Notes: generated by a model not told the origin, from the sequence alone. A stretch of DNA of 64,000 nt from an uncultured Gemmatimonadaceae bacterium (GCA_963716745.1 OY970320.1:2176001-2240000), one strand, 5' to 3'; shown: positions 1 through 11,496, counted from the first letter of the stretch. Translations and numbers: made by a program.

Positions 1-835
1 TCGCCGCGAGCGTCAGCAGCTGCAGCAGATGGTTCTGGAACATGTCGCGCACGACGCCCGCCTGCTCGTAGTACCCGCCGCGATGCTCCACGCCCACGCT
101 CTCGGCGGCGGTGATCTGCACGTGATGCACATGCTGGCGGTTCCACACCGGTTCGAAGATCGAGTTCGCGAAGCGGAACATCAGCAGATTCTGGACCGTT
201 TCCTTTCCCAGATAATGATCGAGCCGGTAGATCTGCCGCTCCGAGAACGCCGCCTGCACTTCGCGATTGAGCGCGCGCGCACTCTCGAGACTGGTGCCGA
301 ACGGCTTTTCGATGAGCACTCGGCGGTACGGCTTGTGATCGGGCCCCGATGTGCGTGGTGCGACGCCGCTCAATGAGAGCTGCGCGATGGTGGCGGCATA
401 GAGCTGCGGCGGGATCGCGAGATAGAACAGATGACCGCTCCCCTCCGGCAACGCGCAGCTCTCCAGCGCGCTCTTGAGGCGCGCGTACGTTCCCGGATCG
501 TTCAGCTCACCCTGCACATAGAACAGTTGCTGCTCGAGTGACAGCCATGTACGCGCATCGGGCGTGCCGCCGCCGAACTCGGTCACGCCCTTGAGCATGC
601 CGGCGCGGAAGCTCGCGGTGTCCAGCGCTTCGCGCGCCACGCCGATCACCGCCATCTTCGCCGGCAGCACGCCGTCGGCACGCAGATGATAGAGCGCGGG
701 CATCAACTTGCGGCGCGTGAGATCGCCGCCCGCGCCAAAGATCACCAGCGCGCACGGCTCGGCCTCGCGCCGCGTGCCCGTGATCGCGGGCATCGCCGTC
801 GTGACGCGCACCTGAACACTCGGACGCCCCGTCAT
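1..835 (-). CDS. zwf: Glucose-6-phosphate dehydrogenase, copy 1 (3' end runs off the window)
   Basis: Hand translation from ATG 835 (ATGA overlap with upstream stop): LVIFGAGGDLTRRKLMPALY, RVLIEKPFG, DHYLGKETVQN, RDMFQNHLLQ. Absent from the ORF track; ORF 29..376(+) is its antisense shadow. Confidence 0.93.
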   Translation of the reverse strand, partial: MTGRPSVQVRVTTAMPAITGTRREAEPCALVIFGAGGDLTRRKLMPALYHLRADGVLPAKMAVIGVAREALDTASFRAGMLKGVTEFGGGTPDARTWLSLEQQLFYVQGELNDPGTYARLKSALESCALPEGSGHLFYLAIPPQLYAATIAQLSLSGVAPRTSGPDHKPYRRVLIEKPFGTSLESARALNREVQAAFSERQIYRLDHYLGKETVQNLLMFRFANSIFEPVWNRQHVHHVQITAAESVGVEHRGGYYEQAGVVRDMFQNHLLQLLTLAA

Positions 836-2805
836 GTGGCTGCCCTGGCCGTGGTGCGCGGACGCGGCGCGGTGAGCCGGCGCCATGCGCGCAACGTCTC
901 GGCGACGCTCCACGCTTGCGCGGGACAGCCGCGCGGTGTGTGCGGTGCGTCGCCATCGAAGATCTCGGAGATCTGCTCCATGCACGCCTCGTCGAGGTGT
1001 CGTTGCAGTCCGCCGAACTGCGATTGCAGTCGTGCGCGGCCGGCCGCGGTGTCGCCGTCGCCGTAGAGCGACGCGTCCACGTAGGCGCCCATGAGCCACG
1101 GCCACACTGTCCCTTGGTGATAGGCCGAGTCGCGCGACTCGGGATCGCCCTCGCAGCGTCCAAGATATCGCGGATCCGAGGGCGCAAGCGTGCGCAGGCC
1201 CACCGGCGTGAGTAAATGCTGCGTCACGAACTTCACCATGCGCGACGCCTGCGCGCGCGCGAGCAATGGATAGGGGAGCGACGCCGCGAACAACTGGTTC
1301 GGCCGGATGCTGAGATCGCGTCCACCGTCGGGCGCGATCACGTCGTACAGCGAACCCGTGCCCTCGTCCCAGAACGTCGCGAGGAACGCTTCGCGCGTTC
1401 GCTCGGCGAGGCGGCGCGTCTTCGCGGCCTCCTTCTTCGTGCCGCGGCGCGCCTGGATGTCGCTAAGCACGCGCCGCGCGTTGTACCAAAGCGCGTTGAT
1501 CTCCACCGCCTTCCCGCGGCGCGGCGTGATCACACGGCCGTTCACACGCGCGTCCATCCACGTGAGCGCCAGGCCGTCGGCGCCCTGCGTGATGAGCCCG
1601 TCGGCATCCTCGCGGATCCCGAAGTCGGTGCCGGCGGAGTACGCGAGCACGATCGCTTCGAGCGTGGCGCCGAGCGGTCCATCGCCCACCGCCGGATCGC
1701 CGCCCGCGGCGCGGAAATGGTGCAGCGCCACCGCGAACCAGAGGCTCGCGTCCACGGTGTTGTACTCGGGAGGGCCGCCGCTGTCGGAGAATCGATTCGG
1801 CAGCAGCCCGTGGCGGATGTGCGACGCAAATGCCGCGAGCGTCCGCGCGGCGTCATCGATGCGATTGGTGGCGCGCGTGAGACCGGGCAGCGAGATCATC
1901 GCATCGCGCCCCCAATCGCCGAACCACGGATAACCCGCGATCACCGATACGCCCTTGGCCCCGCGCTGCACGGTGAACGCGTTCGCGGCCACGGCGAGAC
2001 GGCGCGCGAACACATCGCCCTCCGGCGCCGGCGCGGCCAGCGCGGCGCGCCGCTTCACCTCCGCCGCCTCGAGGGCATCCGCGGCGGCCGGCGCCTTGTC
2101 CGACGCGGTATAGATGAGATCGCGCGAACGGCCCGGCGTCAGCGCGAGCTCCAGCACGAACGGCGCGAACGCATCCTCGCGCGACGCGAGGCCGCGCTCG
2201 AGCTCGCGCAGGTATTCGAACTGCCGGAACCACTGCGGGTCGTCGCGCAGCTTCGCGTCTCCATAGTGCAGCGTGAGCGCCGCGCCGCCGGCGGACGATG
2301 TGCACTTCGCGCTCGTCGTACCCGCGGCGACGCTCAGCCTCCACCCATCGGCCACGCTGCGCCGCGCATGATGGTCGCGGCACACGAAGAAGGGGCGCAC
2401 CGCCAGCGTGCACGGCGGCCCGGCAAGGAGTCTGTAGCGCACTACCGTCGTATTCGCGCCGCGCAGCATGAACACGCGCCGTTCAATGCGCGTCGCGTCC
2501 AGTTTGTATACCCACGTGGGGAATGGCACGGCGCTGAACGACTCGACGTGCGTCCAGCCGTCGGGCGACACGGCGCCCGGATACTGGTGCGACGAGAGGT
2601 ACGCCGGCGCATCGCCGGCGATCCATTCGTCGCATCCCGAAACGATGAGCTCGCGCTCGGCGGGCGATCCAGCCGCGGCCGCGAGCAGTCCGTGGTAGCC
2701 GCGCGTGCCGGCACCCGCGACGGTGCCCATGGCGTACCCGCCCAAGCCGTTCGTCTCAAGCCACTCGAGCGCGGCGAGGCCGGTGTAGTCCGAGGGCAGC
2801 GTCAC
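832..2805 (-). CDS. Amylo-alpha-1,6-glucosidase / glycogen debranching enzyme (archaeal-type GDE)
   Basis: EWLETNGLGGYA N-terminus, IAGYPWFGDWGRD, TWMDA, RPNQ, AYHQGTVWPW, GCPAQAWSVAE. Confidence 0.9.
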   Translation of the reverse strand: MTLPSDYTGLAALEWLETNGLGGYAMGTVAGAGTRGYHGLLAAAAGSPAERELIVSGCDEWIAGDAPAYLSSHQYPGAVSPDGWTHVESFSAVPFPTWVYKLDATRIERRVFMLRGANTTVVRYRLLAGPPCTLAVRPFFVCRDHHARRSVADGWRLSVAAGTTSAKCTSSAGGAALTLHYGDAKLRDDPQWFRQFEYLRELERGLASREDAFAPFVLELALTPGRSRDLIYTASDKAPAAADALEAAEVKRRAALAAPAPEGDVFARRLAVAANAFTVQRGAKGVSVIAGYPWFGDWGRDAMISLPGLTRATNRIDDAARTLAAFASHIRHGLLPNRFSDSGGPPEYNTVDASLWFAVALHHFRAAGGDPAVGDGPLGATLEAIVLAYSAGTDFGIREDADGLITQGADGLALTWMDARVNGRVITPRRGKAVEINALWYNARRVLSDIQARRGTKKEAAKTRRLAERTREAFLATFWDEGTGSLYDVIAPDGGRDLSIRPNQLFAASLPYPLLARAQASRMVKFVTQHLLTPVGLRTLAPSDPRYLGRCEGDPESRDSAYHQGTVWPWLMGAYVDASLYGDGDTAAGRARLQSQFGGLQRHLDEACMEQISEIFDGDAPHTPRGCPAQAWSVAETLRAWRRLTAPRPRTTARAAT

Positions 2806-4046
2806 TTGGTCGAAGCCGCGGTGCGTCGCACCGCGCGTGGTTGGCGGCCGGCGACACGTTCGAGCCCGCAGCGCACGCGCAGATCCTGGATCACGTGCAT
2901 GTAGTAGATGTACGCGTCATAGGGCGAGCCGTACGGGCTGAAGTACTTGTGCACATCGCCATCGGCGAACCACTTGAGACACATATAGTAGAAGTGATCG
3001 CTCGTGAGCAGGCGGCGCCAATCCTGCACGAGCGCCGCGTCGCCGAGCGCCAGCACCGGCGCGCGCAGCGCGTAGATCGCCTGCGCAGCCTCCGTTTGCA
3101 AGCTGTTCCCGAGCCAGGCGGTGAGATCGCGATCCACATCGGCCCACGAGATCCAGTCGGGGCAGCTGAGCACGCTTCGCGGAGTGAGATCGTGCACGAG
3201 CTCGGAAGGCGTGGCGAAGCGCAATTCTGGATACCGCAGGATCTCCGACGGCAGGTCGCGCAGGAACTCGAAGATCCCCGTCGCCTGCCATTGATGCTCG
3301 CCGAACGTCTCGTAGTCGAGGAAGAGGTTGACCGTTTCCATCGAGCCATCGAGCGCGCGCACCCACGAGGCGAACTTCGACGCCGTGAGCGGCCAATCCT
3401 TCCAGCTCCGCTCCGAGAAGCGGAACGCGATGTCGTCGGACAGCTGCGCGTGTTTGGTGAGCACCACCAATTCTTCGGCCCCCGCGGCTCGGAACGCCTG
3501 CCCGGGCGAGCGGCCCGCGAGCACGCGCGGCACGCCGTCGGCGAGCACGCCCTTGAAGCCGAGCCGCGCGACGCGTTGCGCGAGCTGGTCGCTGTAGATG
3601 AGCTCGGTGTTCCGGAACACAGTGGGTGCGACGCCCGTGAGCGTCGTGATGCGCGCGGTGTGTGCGGCCACTTCCACATCGAATTCCTCCCAGTCGCTCA
3701 GCGCGCTCAGCGAATGGTCGTCGGTCTCGGCGAGGAATTCCACACATCCGGTGCGCGCGAGCGCCTCGAAGCTCGCCACCACCTCAGGCGCGTGCGCAGC
3801 GAGCTGATCGAGCACCGTGCCGGTGACGCTGAAGCTCACTTTGAATCGGCCGGCATGGCGCTCGATGAGTTCGAGCAGCAAGCGGTTCGTGGGGATATAG
3901 CACTTGGCCGCGACGCGCTTCAGGATGCCGGCGTTCTTCTCTTCGTCGAAATACTGCGGACGCTTCCCCACGCCCACATCGAACGTGGAGAAATGCCGCA
4001 GCCGGTACGGCTGGTGCACCTGGAAGTAGAAGCAGACGGCGGCCAC
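2802..4046 (-). CDS. Glycoside hydrolase family 57 (alpha-amylase type)
   Basis: Start GTG 4046; CFYFQVHQPYRL, FRNTELIY, LFLDYETFGEHQW, LLTSDHFYYM. Confidence 0.9.
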   Translation of the reverse strand: MAAVCFYFQVHQPYRLRHFSTFDVGVGKRPQYFDEEKNAGILKRVAAKCYIPTNRLLLELIERHAGRFKVSFSVTGTVLDQLAAHAPEVVASFEALARTGCVEFLAETDDHSLSALSDWEEFDVEVAAHTARITTLTGVAPTVFRNTELIYSDQLAQRVARLGFKGVLADGVPRVLAGRSPGQAFRAAGAEELVVLTKHAQLSDDIAFRFSERSWKDWPLTASKFASWVRALDGSMETVNLFLDYETFGEHQWQATGIFEFLRDLPSEILRYPELRFATPSELVHDLTPRSVLSCPDWISWADVDRDLTAWLGNSLQTEAAQAIYALRAPVLALGDAALVQDWRRLLTSDHFYYMCLKWFADGDVHKYFSPYGSPYDAYIYYMHVIQDLRVRCGLERVAGRQPRAVRRTAASTK

Positions 4047-4047
4047 G

Positions 4048-5196
4048 CTAGCGCCCTCCGGCCAGCAGCGGCGCGTACAGCTCCGCGATGCGCTTGCCCG
4101 CGCGCTCCCAGCTCCATTTCTCCACGCTCGCGCGGCCGCGCGATGAGAGTTCGTGGCGCAGAGTGGGATACGTGAGCGCCGCGAGGATTCGGTCGGCCAT
4201 CTGCCGCACGTTCCAGAAATCCACGAGCAGCACATCGCGCGCCACCTCGGTCACGCCGGCGCCGCGGTCGAGGATCACCGGCGTGCCCGCACGCAGCGCC
4301 TCGAGCGCCGCGATCCCGAACGGCTCGCTCACGCTCGGCATCACGAACACGTCGGCGCTCGCGAGGAGACGTGCCGCGTCGTCGGGCGGCACGAAGCCGG
4401 TGAACAGGATGCTCCGTCCCAGTTGCAGTCCCGCGACATGCTGCATCAGGCGGCCGCGCATGTCGCCATCGCCGGCCACGACGAACAGCACCTCGGGCTC
4501 GTGTTGCAGCACCAGGCGCGCCGCCTCCACGAAATAGTCGGGGCCCTTCTGAAAGGTGACGCGGCCGAGGAAGAGCACCATCGGCCGGTGCGGCTCGTCG
4601 TCATCTTCGTCGGCGATCCACGGTGCGACCGGGTCCACGGAATTGTGTACCACGCGCACGCGCGGACGATCGGCGCCGTAGCGTCGCAGCAGCAGATCGC
4701 GCGTGAACGCGCTCACGGCGATCACCACCGCAGCGCTCCGCACCGCCGCATGCTCGATCTCCAGCACGCCTGGGTTGCCATGCTCGCCCGCGCGGTCGAA
4801 CTCCGTGGCGTGCACGTGCAGCACCCACGGCTTGTGATGTTCGGCGGCGATGCGCATCGCCGCGGGTGCGGTGAGCCAGTCGTGCGCATGGATGATGTCG
4901 AACGCCACTGTGCGCGCGATCGCCGACGCGACCTCGGCGTACCGCTCCACCGCGCCGAACATCCCGTAGCGCCCGGCGCCCGATCCCTCGTAACCGCCGG
5001 GCACGTCATCTTCGCCGTCGAACACGCCATGCACGGTGAGATGCCGCGCGCCGGCCGCGCCCTCGGCGTTCGCCACTACCAACTGCACCCGGAGCCCCGC
5101 GGCGAGCAATCCGCGCACGATCCCGGCCGTGGCCGGCGCCAGTCCGCCGGTCACGTGGGGCGGATATTCCCAGCCGAGCATCAGGACGGTGGTCAC
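4048..5196 (-). CDS. Glycosyltransferase family 4
   Basis: Start GTG 5196 overlapping the GH15 stop; MLGWEYPP, HAHDW, GRVTFQKG, PSVSEPFGIAALEA. Confidence 0.9.
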   Translation of the reverse strand: MTTVLMLGWEYPPHVTGGLAPATAGIVRGLLAAGLRVQLVVANAEGAAGARHLTVHGVFDGEDDVPGGYEGSGAGRYGMFGAVERYAEVASAIARTVAFDIIHAHDWLTAPAAMRIAAEHHKPWVLHVHATEFDRAGEHGNPGVLEIEHAAVRSAAVVIAVSAFTRDLLLRRYGADRPRVRVVHNSVDPVAPWIADEDDDEPHRPMVLFLGRVTFQKGPDYFVEAARLVLQHEPEVLFVVAGDGDMRGRLMQHVAGLQLGRSILFTGFVPPDDAARLLASADVFVMPSVSEPFGIAALEALRAGTPVILDRGAGVTEVARDVLLVDFWNVRQMADRILAALTYPTLRHELSSRGRASVEKWSWERAGKRIAELYAPLLAGGR

Positions 5197-7224
5197 GGCA
5201 CGGCACGAAGGATGTCCGTGAGTCGCCCGATGCGCGCGGTCTCCTGGCCACAGGTCGGGCATACGGAGAAGCGTCCCGAACGCACGATGTATTCGCGCAC
5301 CGCGCGCACGTAGGCCGCATGGCTCCACGTGAGCGGTGACACGGAGAGCGGCTCGCCGGTGTACGGATCGAGTTGCTCGGCCATCACGCCCGACGTGAAC
5401 GCGCGATCCGCGGCCCACATCAGCAATTGCTTCGCTTTGGCCAACTCCTCGGTATTGCGCGCCTTCAGCACGTGGTAGCGCGCCATCCACAGCGTGCAGA
5501 TGAACCACGGATTCCCGGGCACGCGCTTCGTGTCGGTCTTCTCCACCTGGTGGTAGTAATCGTTCTCGTAGCGCGCGAGCCCGCCGATGTCGGTCTTCAC
5601 CCAGAGGCGCTCTTCGACTTGGCGCAGCGTGGACGCCACATACGGCGAATCGATCGCGAGCACCGAGAATTCCGTGAGCGCGTAGAGCGCCGAGTCGATC
5701 GTCATGTCGAGCGTGTATCCCTTCGTGCCGGGAGTGGCCATGCGCGCGAATCGCTGGTCGGACTCACTCCACATGATCGACATCATCGCCTCGAGCATGC
5801 GCTCGGCGCCGGCGTGGCAGCGTGCGGCGCGCTGCTCTTCGCCGAACGCCGACGCGACCTGCGCCGCGGCGCGCAGCCCGGAGATCACCGTGCACACCGT
5901 GTAGAAATGCACGCCCCAGCGCTCTTCCCACAGGTCCCACGAGGGCAGGGGAAGGCCGGTGGCCTGGTCCACGTGACGCAGCAGGAAATCCGCGGGACGT
6001 GTGACGAGCGCGCGGTAGAACGGCGCCGTCTCCTCCACGCGCTGGAAGAGCGTGAAGTACTGCCACATCGCCCACACCACGAGCGCCGTTTCATCCTCCT
6101 GGATGGGCAGCACCGTGTGGCCGTCGCGCATCGCGCCGTGCCACGAACTCGCGACCATGCCGTCGGGATTGTACTTGTGGCGCAAGATAGCCCTCGGGCG
6201 TGACGGCCTTCGTGCAGAACTCGAAGAACTTCGTGGCCGCGCCCATGTGGCCCGTGCTCATCAGCGCCGACATCACGAGTGCGCCGTCGCGCGGCCACAT
6301 GTACGCATACGTGTCGCGCGCGATCTGCGCGATGTCGGAATCCGTGGCCGCGATCACCGCGCCGTCGTGGTCCACGTGCGAGCGGATGATGAGCAGGCTC
6401 TGGCGGTAGCGCTCCACGACGTTCGCCGGCAGATCGGCCGGCACGCGCTGTTCGCGGCTCACCCACAGCTGCCAATAGTGGCGCGTGCGGCGGAGCAGCT
6501 CTTCCGGCGACTTGGTGCGCAGCACCTGATCGATGGTCGTGACTTCCGCCATGTCGCGGCCCGCCGCCATCCAATAGAACACCTCGCGCTCGGCGTTCGC
6601 GCCCACCGTAACCGAGATGCCCATCGTGGAGTCCACCGAACCCTGCGCGATCGCGTTGCCGCTCAAGTTGCCGTCTTCCGCGTCGCGCCACGTGCCTTCC
6701 GCCGAACCCACATCCTTCGTCCCGCACGCGTACGACGTCATTCCGAACTGATCGCCAATGCGGCAGTTCATCAGGAAATAACGGTCATCCTTGTAATGGA
6801 TGAGCGAACCGGTCTCCGGCGAGAACATCGCGGTGTCGCCTACTTCATGCCCGAGGATCCGGAAGTTGTGATGATAGAAGAGCCGCACCTCGCGCGCACG
6901 GTCGGCGAGATTGTGCACGAGCACGCGGCGCACGAGGACGTTCTCGTAGAAATCCACGGCGTCGCAGCAATTGAGCGTGATGCCCAGTTCGTGGCTGGTG
7001 GCCGTGACTTCCGTCGACATGGCATCCTCGGCATAGCGCATGTCGAGTTCCCAGTCGGGCCCCATCCAGCGGCATTTTCCGTCGACGAACACGCCGAAGC
7101 GGAACGGGCGGCCGACGGCGTGATTCTCCTTGCCGACGCGCGGGAAGTAGATGTCGCGGAGAACGTACTGGCGGTCGAAGGCGACGTGCAGCCGGCCATT
7201 CGAGAGCGGAAGGTCACGCGGCAT
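5193..7224 (-). CDS. Glycoside hydrolase family 15 (glucoamylase-like), split by one frameshift near 6185
   Basis: ORFs 6091..7224 (YAYMWPRDGA) and 5193..6185 (HKYNPDG, QEDETA, DLWEER, SPLTWSHA) join at TPEGYL/RHKYNP. Confidence 0.87.
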
Positions 7225-7328
7225 GCGCGGGGCGGTCTGAGAGCAGGCGCATCTTCGTGCCTAGGTGCCGTAGTTCGAGGGACTCGCAATGTACCTTGCG
7301 CGCGGAGCGGGACGCTAGACGGCTGAAC

Positions 7329-7493
7329 GGCGCGGGAAGCGGGGAGCGGGAAGCGCTGCGAAACCCGCGCGGAATGCGCGCCCGAACAAACGCCCCTTGC
7401 CGCCCGACTGGGGAGACGCATCTTCGTGTCCTCTGGGCGTACCGCGCGTCCCCTGCAGTTGCGCGGCGCTTCCCGCTTCCCGCTTCCCGCGCC
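7329..7493 (+). repeat. 32-bp inverted repeat built of GCGGGAA heptamers (arms 7329-7360 and 7462-7493)
   Basis: ggcgcgggaagcggggagcgggaagcgctgcg pairs with cgcggcgcttcccgcttcccgcttcccgcgcc; the two mismatches are G-U on the + strand. Confidence 0.85.
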
Positions 7494-7497
7494 CGAA

Positions 7498-8097
7498 ATG
7501 CCTTCCGCCCCCCTCCCTCTCCTCTATCTCGCCCGCCACGGGGAGACCGAGTGGAGTCTGTCTGGCCGCCATACCGGGCTCACCGACATCCCGCTTACCG
7601 AGCGCGGGGAGCAAGGAGCTCGCGCCCTCGCGGCCCCGCTCGGCGGGATCGCCTTCGAACAGGTGTTCACGAGCCCGTTGCAGCGCGCCAAGCGCACCTG
7701 CGAGCTCGCTGGATTCGGGGCGAGCGCCGCGGTGGACCCCGATCTCGTCGAGTGGGATTACGGGAATTATGAGGGCCGCAAGACGGATGAGATCCTCGCC
7801 GAGCGTCCCGGCTGGCAGCTCTTTCGCGATGGGTGTCCGGGGGGCGAGTCGCCGGCGCAGGTGGGTGCGCGTGCCGATCGCGTGATCGCGCGCGTGCGCG
7901 CTGCCGCCGGCAACACGCTCCTCTTCTCGAGCGGCCACTTCCTTCGCACCCTCTCGGCGCGCTGGCTCGGACTCCCCCCGGGCGATGGCCGGCTGCTCTA
8001 TCTGAGCACCGCCACCTTGAGCACGCTGGGGTACGAGCATAGTGTCACTGAACCGGTATTGCGCCTCTGGAATTCAATTCCCGCCACGCGGACGTGA
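7498..8097 (+). CDS. Histidine phosphatase (phosphoglycerate mutase family)
   Basis: LARHGETEWS, SPLQRA, EWDYG, SGHFLR; ATG 7498. Confidence 0.88.
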   Translation: MPSAPLPLLYLARHGETEWSLSGRHTGLTDIPLTERGEQGARALAAPLGGIAFEQVFTSPLQRAKRTCELAGFGASAAVDPDLVEWDYGNYEGRKTDEILAERPGWQLFRDGCPGGESPAQVGARADRVIARVRAAAGNTLLFSSGHFLRTLSARWLGLPPGDGRLLYLSTATLSTLGYEHSVTEPVLRLWNSIPATRT

Positions 8098-8101
8098 TCC
8101 A

Positions 8102-9187
8102 ATGAAAGCCACCCAGACACTCCACGACCTCGGCCAAAGCCTTTGGCTCGACAATATCACGCGCGGCCTGATCTCGAGTGGCACGCTGCGACGCTACATC
8201 GACGAGCTGTCGGTGACCGGGCTCACGTCGAACCCGACGATCTTCGATCTCGCGCTCAAGGGCAGTGCCGACTATGACGCCGACATCGCGAAGAAGCTGG
8301 GCGAGGGGAAATCGGGCGAGAAACTCTTCTTCGAACTCGCGATCGACGACCTGACGCGCGCCGCCGATCTCTTCCGTCCGGTGCACGACAAGACGGCCGG
8401 GGTCGACGGCTGGGTGTCGCTCGAGGTGTCGCCGCTGCTCGCGTTCGACACGAAGACCACGCTCGACCAGGCGGTGCAGCTGCACAAGCGCGCGAACCGC
8501 CCGAACCTGTTCATCAAGATCCCCGGCACGAAGGAAGGAGTCCCCGCCATCGAGGAGGCCATCTTCGCCGGCGTGCCGATCAACGTCACGCTGCTCTTCT
8601 CGCGCGAGCAGTATCTCGCGTCGGCCGAAGCGTACCTGCGCGGCATCGAGCGGCGCATCGCGGCGGGTCTCTCGCCGAACGTGACGTCGGTCGCGAGTGT
8701 GTTCATCAGCCGTTGGGACGCGGCCGTCGCGGCGAAGGTGCCACCGGAGCTCGTGAACAAACTCGGCATCGCGATCAGCCGGCGCTGCTACAAGGCGTAC
8801 CTCGATTTCATCCAGACGCCGCGCTACCTCGCCGCGCTCAACGCCGGTGCGCGGCCGCAGCGGCTGCTGCTCGCGAGCACCGGCACGAAGGACCCCAAGG
8901 CGAGCGACGTGATGTACATCGAAGCGCTCGCCGCGCCCTTCACGGTGAACACGATCCCCGAGAATACGCTCAAGGCGTTCTACGATCACGGCAAGCCCGG
9001 CGCGACGATGCCGCGCGATGGCGGCGACTGCGAGCAGGTGCTCGCGCAATTCGCGAAGGCCGGCGTGGACATCGACGCTGTGGCGGCGAAGCTGCAGACG
9101 GATGGCGCCGCGTCGTTCGTGAAGTCCTGGAACGAGCTGCAGTCCGGCCTCGAGAACAAGAGTGCGGCGCTGAAGAAGGCCGGCTGA
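8102..9187 (+). CDS. tal: Transaldolase
   Basis: GQSLWLDNI, TSNPTIF, VSLEVSP, FIKIPGT, ASTGTK. Confidence 0.95.
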   Translation: MKATQTLHDLGQSLWLDNITRGLISSGTLRRYIDELSVTGLTSNPTIFDLALKGSADYDADIAKKLGEGKSGEKLFFELAIDDLTRAADLFRPVHDKTAGVDGWVSLEVSPLLAFDTKTTLDQAVQLHKRANRPNLFIKIPGTKEGVPAIEEAIFAGVPINVTLLFSREQYLASAEAYLRGIERRIAAGLSPNVTSVASVFISRWDAAVAAKVPPELVNKLGIAISRRCYKAYLDFIQTPRYLAALNAGARPQRLLLASTGTKDPKASDVMYIEALAAPFTVNTIPENTLKAFYDHGKPGATMPRDGGDCEQVLAQFAKAGVDIDAVAAKLQTDGAASFVKSWNELQSGLENKSAALKKAG

Positions 9188-9188
9188 G

Positions 9189-9845
9189 ATGGACGTGCTC
9201 GCGGTGGACGTGGGCGGCACGAACGTGAAGATCCTCGCATCGGGCCAAACGGAATCGCGCCGCTTTCCGTCGGGCACCGGCCTCACGCCCAAGAAGATGG
9301 TGTCCGGCGTGAAGAAACTCGCGCGCGGTTGGCATTTCGACGCCGTGTCGGTGGGCTATCCGGGCCTCGTCATTCGCGGCAAGCCCATCGCCGATCCGCA
9401 CAATCTCGCGCCCGGCTGGGTCGGCTTCGATTTCGAGAAAGCGTTCGGCTGCCCGGTGCGCGTCATCAACGACGCCGCGATGCAGGCACTCGGCAGCTAC
9501 AACGGCGGCCGCATGCTCTTCCTGGGACTGGGCACCGGGCTCGGCACCGCACTCATCGAGAACGGCGAGCTCGAACCGATGGAACTCGCGCACGTGCCCT
9601 ACAAGAAGGCCACGTATGAGGATTACGTCGGCGCGCGTGCGCAGGAGAAATTCGGCAAGAAGAAATGGCGCAAGAACGTCGAGGAAGTGGTCGAGAACCT
9701 CCGCGGGATCTTCGAGCCCGACGACATCGTGCTCGGCGGCGGCAACGTGAAGCAATTGAAGGAGCTGCCGGAGGGATGCCGCGCCGGCGACAACGCGAAC
9801 GCGTTCGTGGGCGGCTTCCGCATGTGGGAGGCGCGCAAGGAATGA
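9189..9845 (+). CDS. ROK-family sugar kinase (polyphosphate glucokinase-like)
   Basis: AVDVGGTNVK, INDAAMQA, LGLGTGLG, ELAH, VLGGGN. Confidence 0.8.
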   Translation: MDVLAVDVGGTNVKILASGQTESRRFPSGTGLTPKKMVSGVKKLARGWHFDAVSVGYPGLVIRGKPIADPHNLAPGWVGFDFEKAFGCPVRVINDAAMQALGSYNGGRMLFLGLGTGLGTALIENGELEPMELAHVPYKKATYEDYVGARAQEKFGKKKWRKNVEEVVENLRGIFEPDDIVLGGGNVKQLKELPEGCRAGDNANAFVGGFRMWEARKE

Positions 9846-11465
9846 CCGCGACCAGCCGAGCGCCCGTCATGGAGCGCACTCCGCGCGCACGCGGAGAAGG
9901 CGCGCGCGCTCTCGCTGCGCGAGCTGTTCGCCGGCGATCCCAAGCGGGGCGAGCGCCTCACGCTCGAGGCGTGCGGACTCTTCGTGGATTATTCGAAGAA
10001 TCGCGTCACGGATGAGACGCTGGCGCTGCTCGTGAAGCTGGCGGAGGATTCGGGGCTGCGCGCGCGCATCGACGCGATGTTCCGTGGCGACAAGATCAAC
10101 ATCACCGAGGATCGCGCGGTGCTGCACGTCGCGCTCCGCGCGCCGCGCAACGCCGTGATCATGGCCGACGGGAAGAACGTCATGCCCGATGTGCACGCCG
10201 TGCTCGACAAGATGGCGGCGTTCAGCGATCAAGTGCGCAGCGGCGCGTGGAAGGGGCACACCGGCAAGCGCATCAAGAACGTGGTCAACATCGGCATCGG
10301 CGGCTCGGATCTCGGGCCGGTGATGGCGTACGAAGCGCTGCGCTTCTATAGCGACCGCTCGCTCACCTTCCGTTTCGTCTCCAACATCGACGGCACCGAC
10401 ATCGCCGAAGCGACGCGCGATCTCGACGCCGCCGAGACGATGTTCATTGTCTCATCCAAGACATTCACGACGATCGAGACGATGACCAACGCCGGCACCG
10501 CGCGCGATTGGCTGCTGCGCGCACTCGGTGGCGATGCGAAGGCGGTCGCGAAACACTTCGTGGCCGTGTCCACGAACGAACAGAAGGTGCGCGAGTTCGG
10601 CATCGACACCGCCAACATGTTCGGCTTCTGGGATTGGGTGGGCGGCCGCTACTCGATGGACTCGGCGATCGGCCTATCGACCATGATCGCCATCGGCCCG
10701 GAGAATTTCCGCGCGATGCTGGCCGGCTTCCACGAGATGGACGAGCATTTCCGCACCGCGCCCTTCGCGCAGAACCTGCCCGCGCTGCTCGGCCTGCTCG
10801 CGATCTGGTACAACGATTTCTTCGGCGCACAGACCGTGGCCGTACTGCCATATGAACAATATCTGAAGCGCTTTCCCGCGTACCTGCAGCAGCTCACGAT
10901 GGAGAGCAACGGGAAGCACGTGCACCTCGACGGCGCACGCGTGGACGTGGACACGAGTCCCATCTACTGGGGCGAGCCCGGAACGAACGGCCAGCACTCG
11001 TTCTACCAGCTGATCCATCAGGGCACGCGGCTCATTCCGTGTGATTTCATCATCTTCATCAAGGCGCTGAACACGGTGGGGCGCCATCACGACATCCTCG
11101 TCGCCAACGTGCTCGCACAAACGGAAGCGCTGGCTTTCGGGAAGACAGCTGACCAGGTACGCGCCGAGGGCACGCCGGAATGGCTCGTGCCACATCGCGT
11201 GTTCGAGGGGAATCGCCCGTCCAATACGATCATCGCTGAGCAACTCACGCCGCGGTCGCTCGGTGCGCTCGTCGCACTCTACGAGCACAGTGTGTTCACA
11301 CAGGGCGTGATCTGGAGCATCGACTCGTTCGATCAGTGGGGCGTCGAGCTGGGCAAGCAGCTCGCGCAGCGGATCATTCCGGAGCTCGAGGGCGCCGCCG
11401 ATCCCAAGCTCACGCACGACAGTTCCACCAACGCGCTCATCCGGCGCTACAGGAAACTCAAATAG
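9842..11465 (+). CDS. pgi: Glucose-6-phosphate isomerase (apparent indel just after the start)
   Basis: [42 protein letters not shown]. The reading frame continues upstream as [13 protein letters not shown], but ATG 9842 is in another frame. Confidence 0.93.
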
Positions 11466-11496
11466 TGAACGGCCACGCGCCGACCAAGGAGATGTC

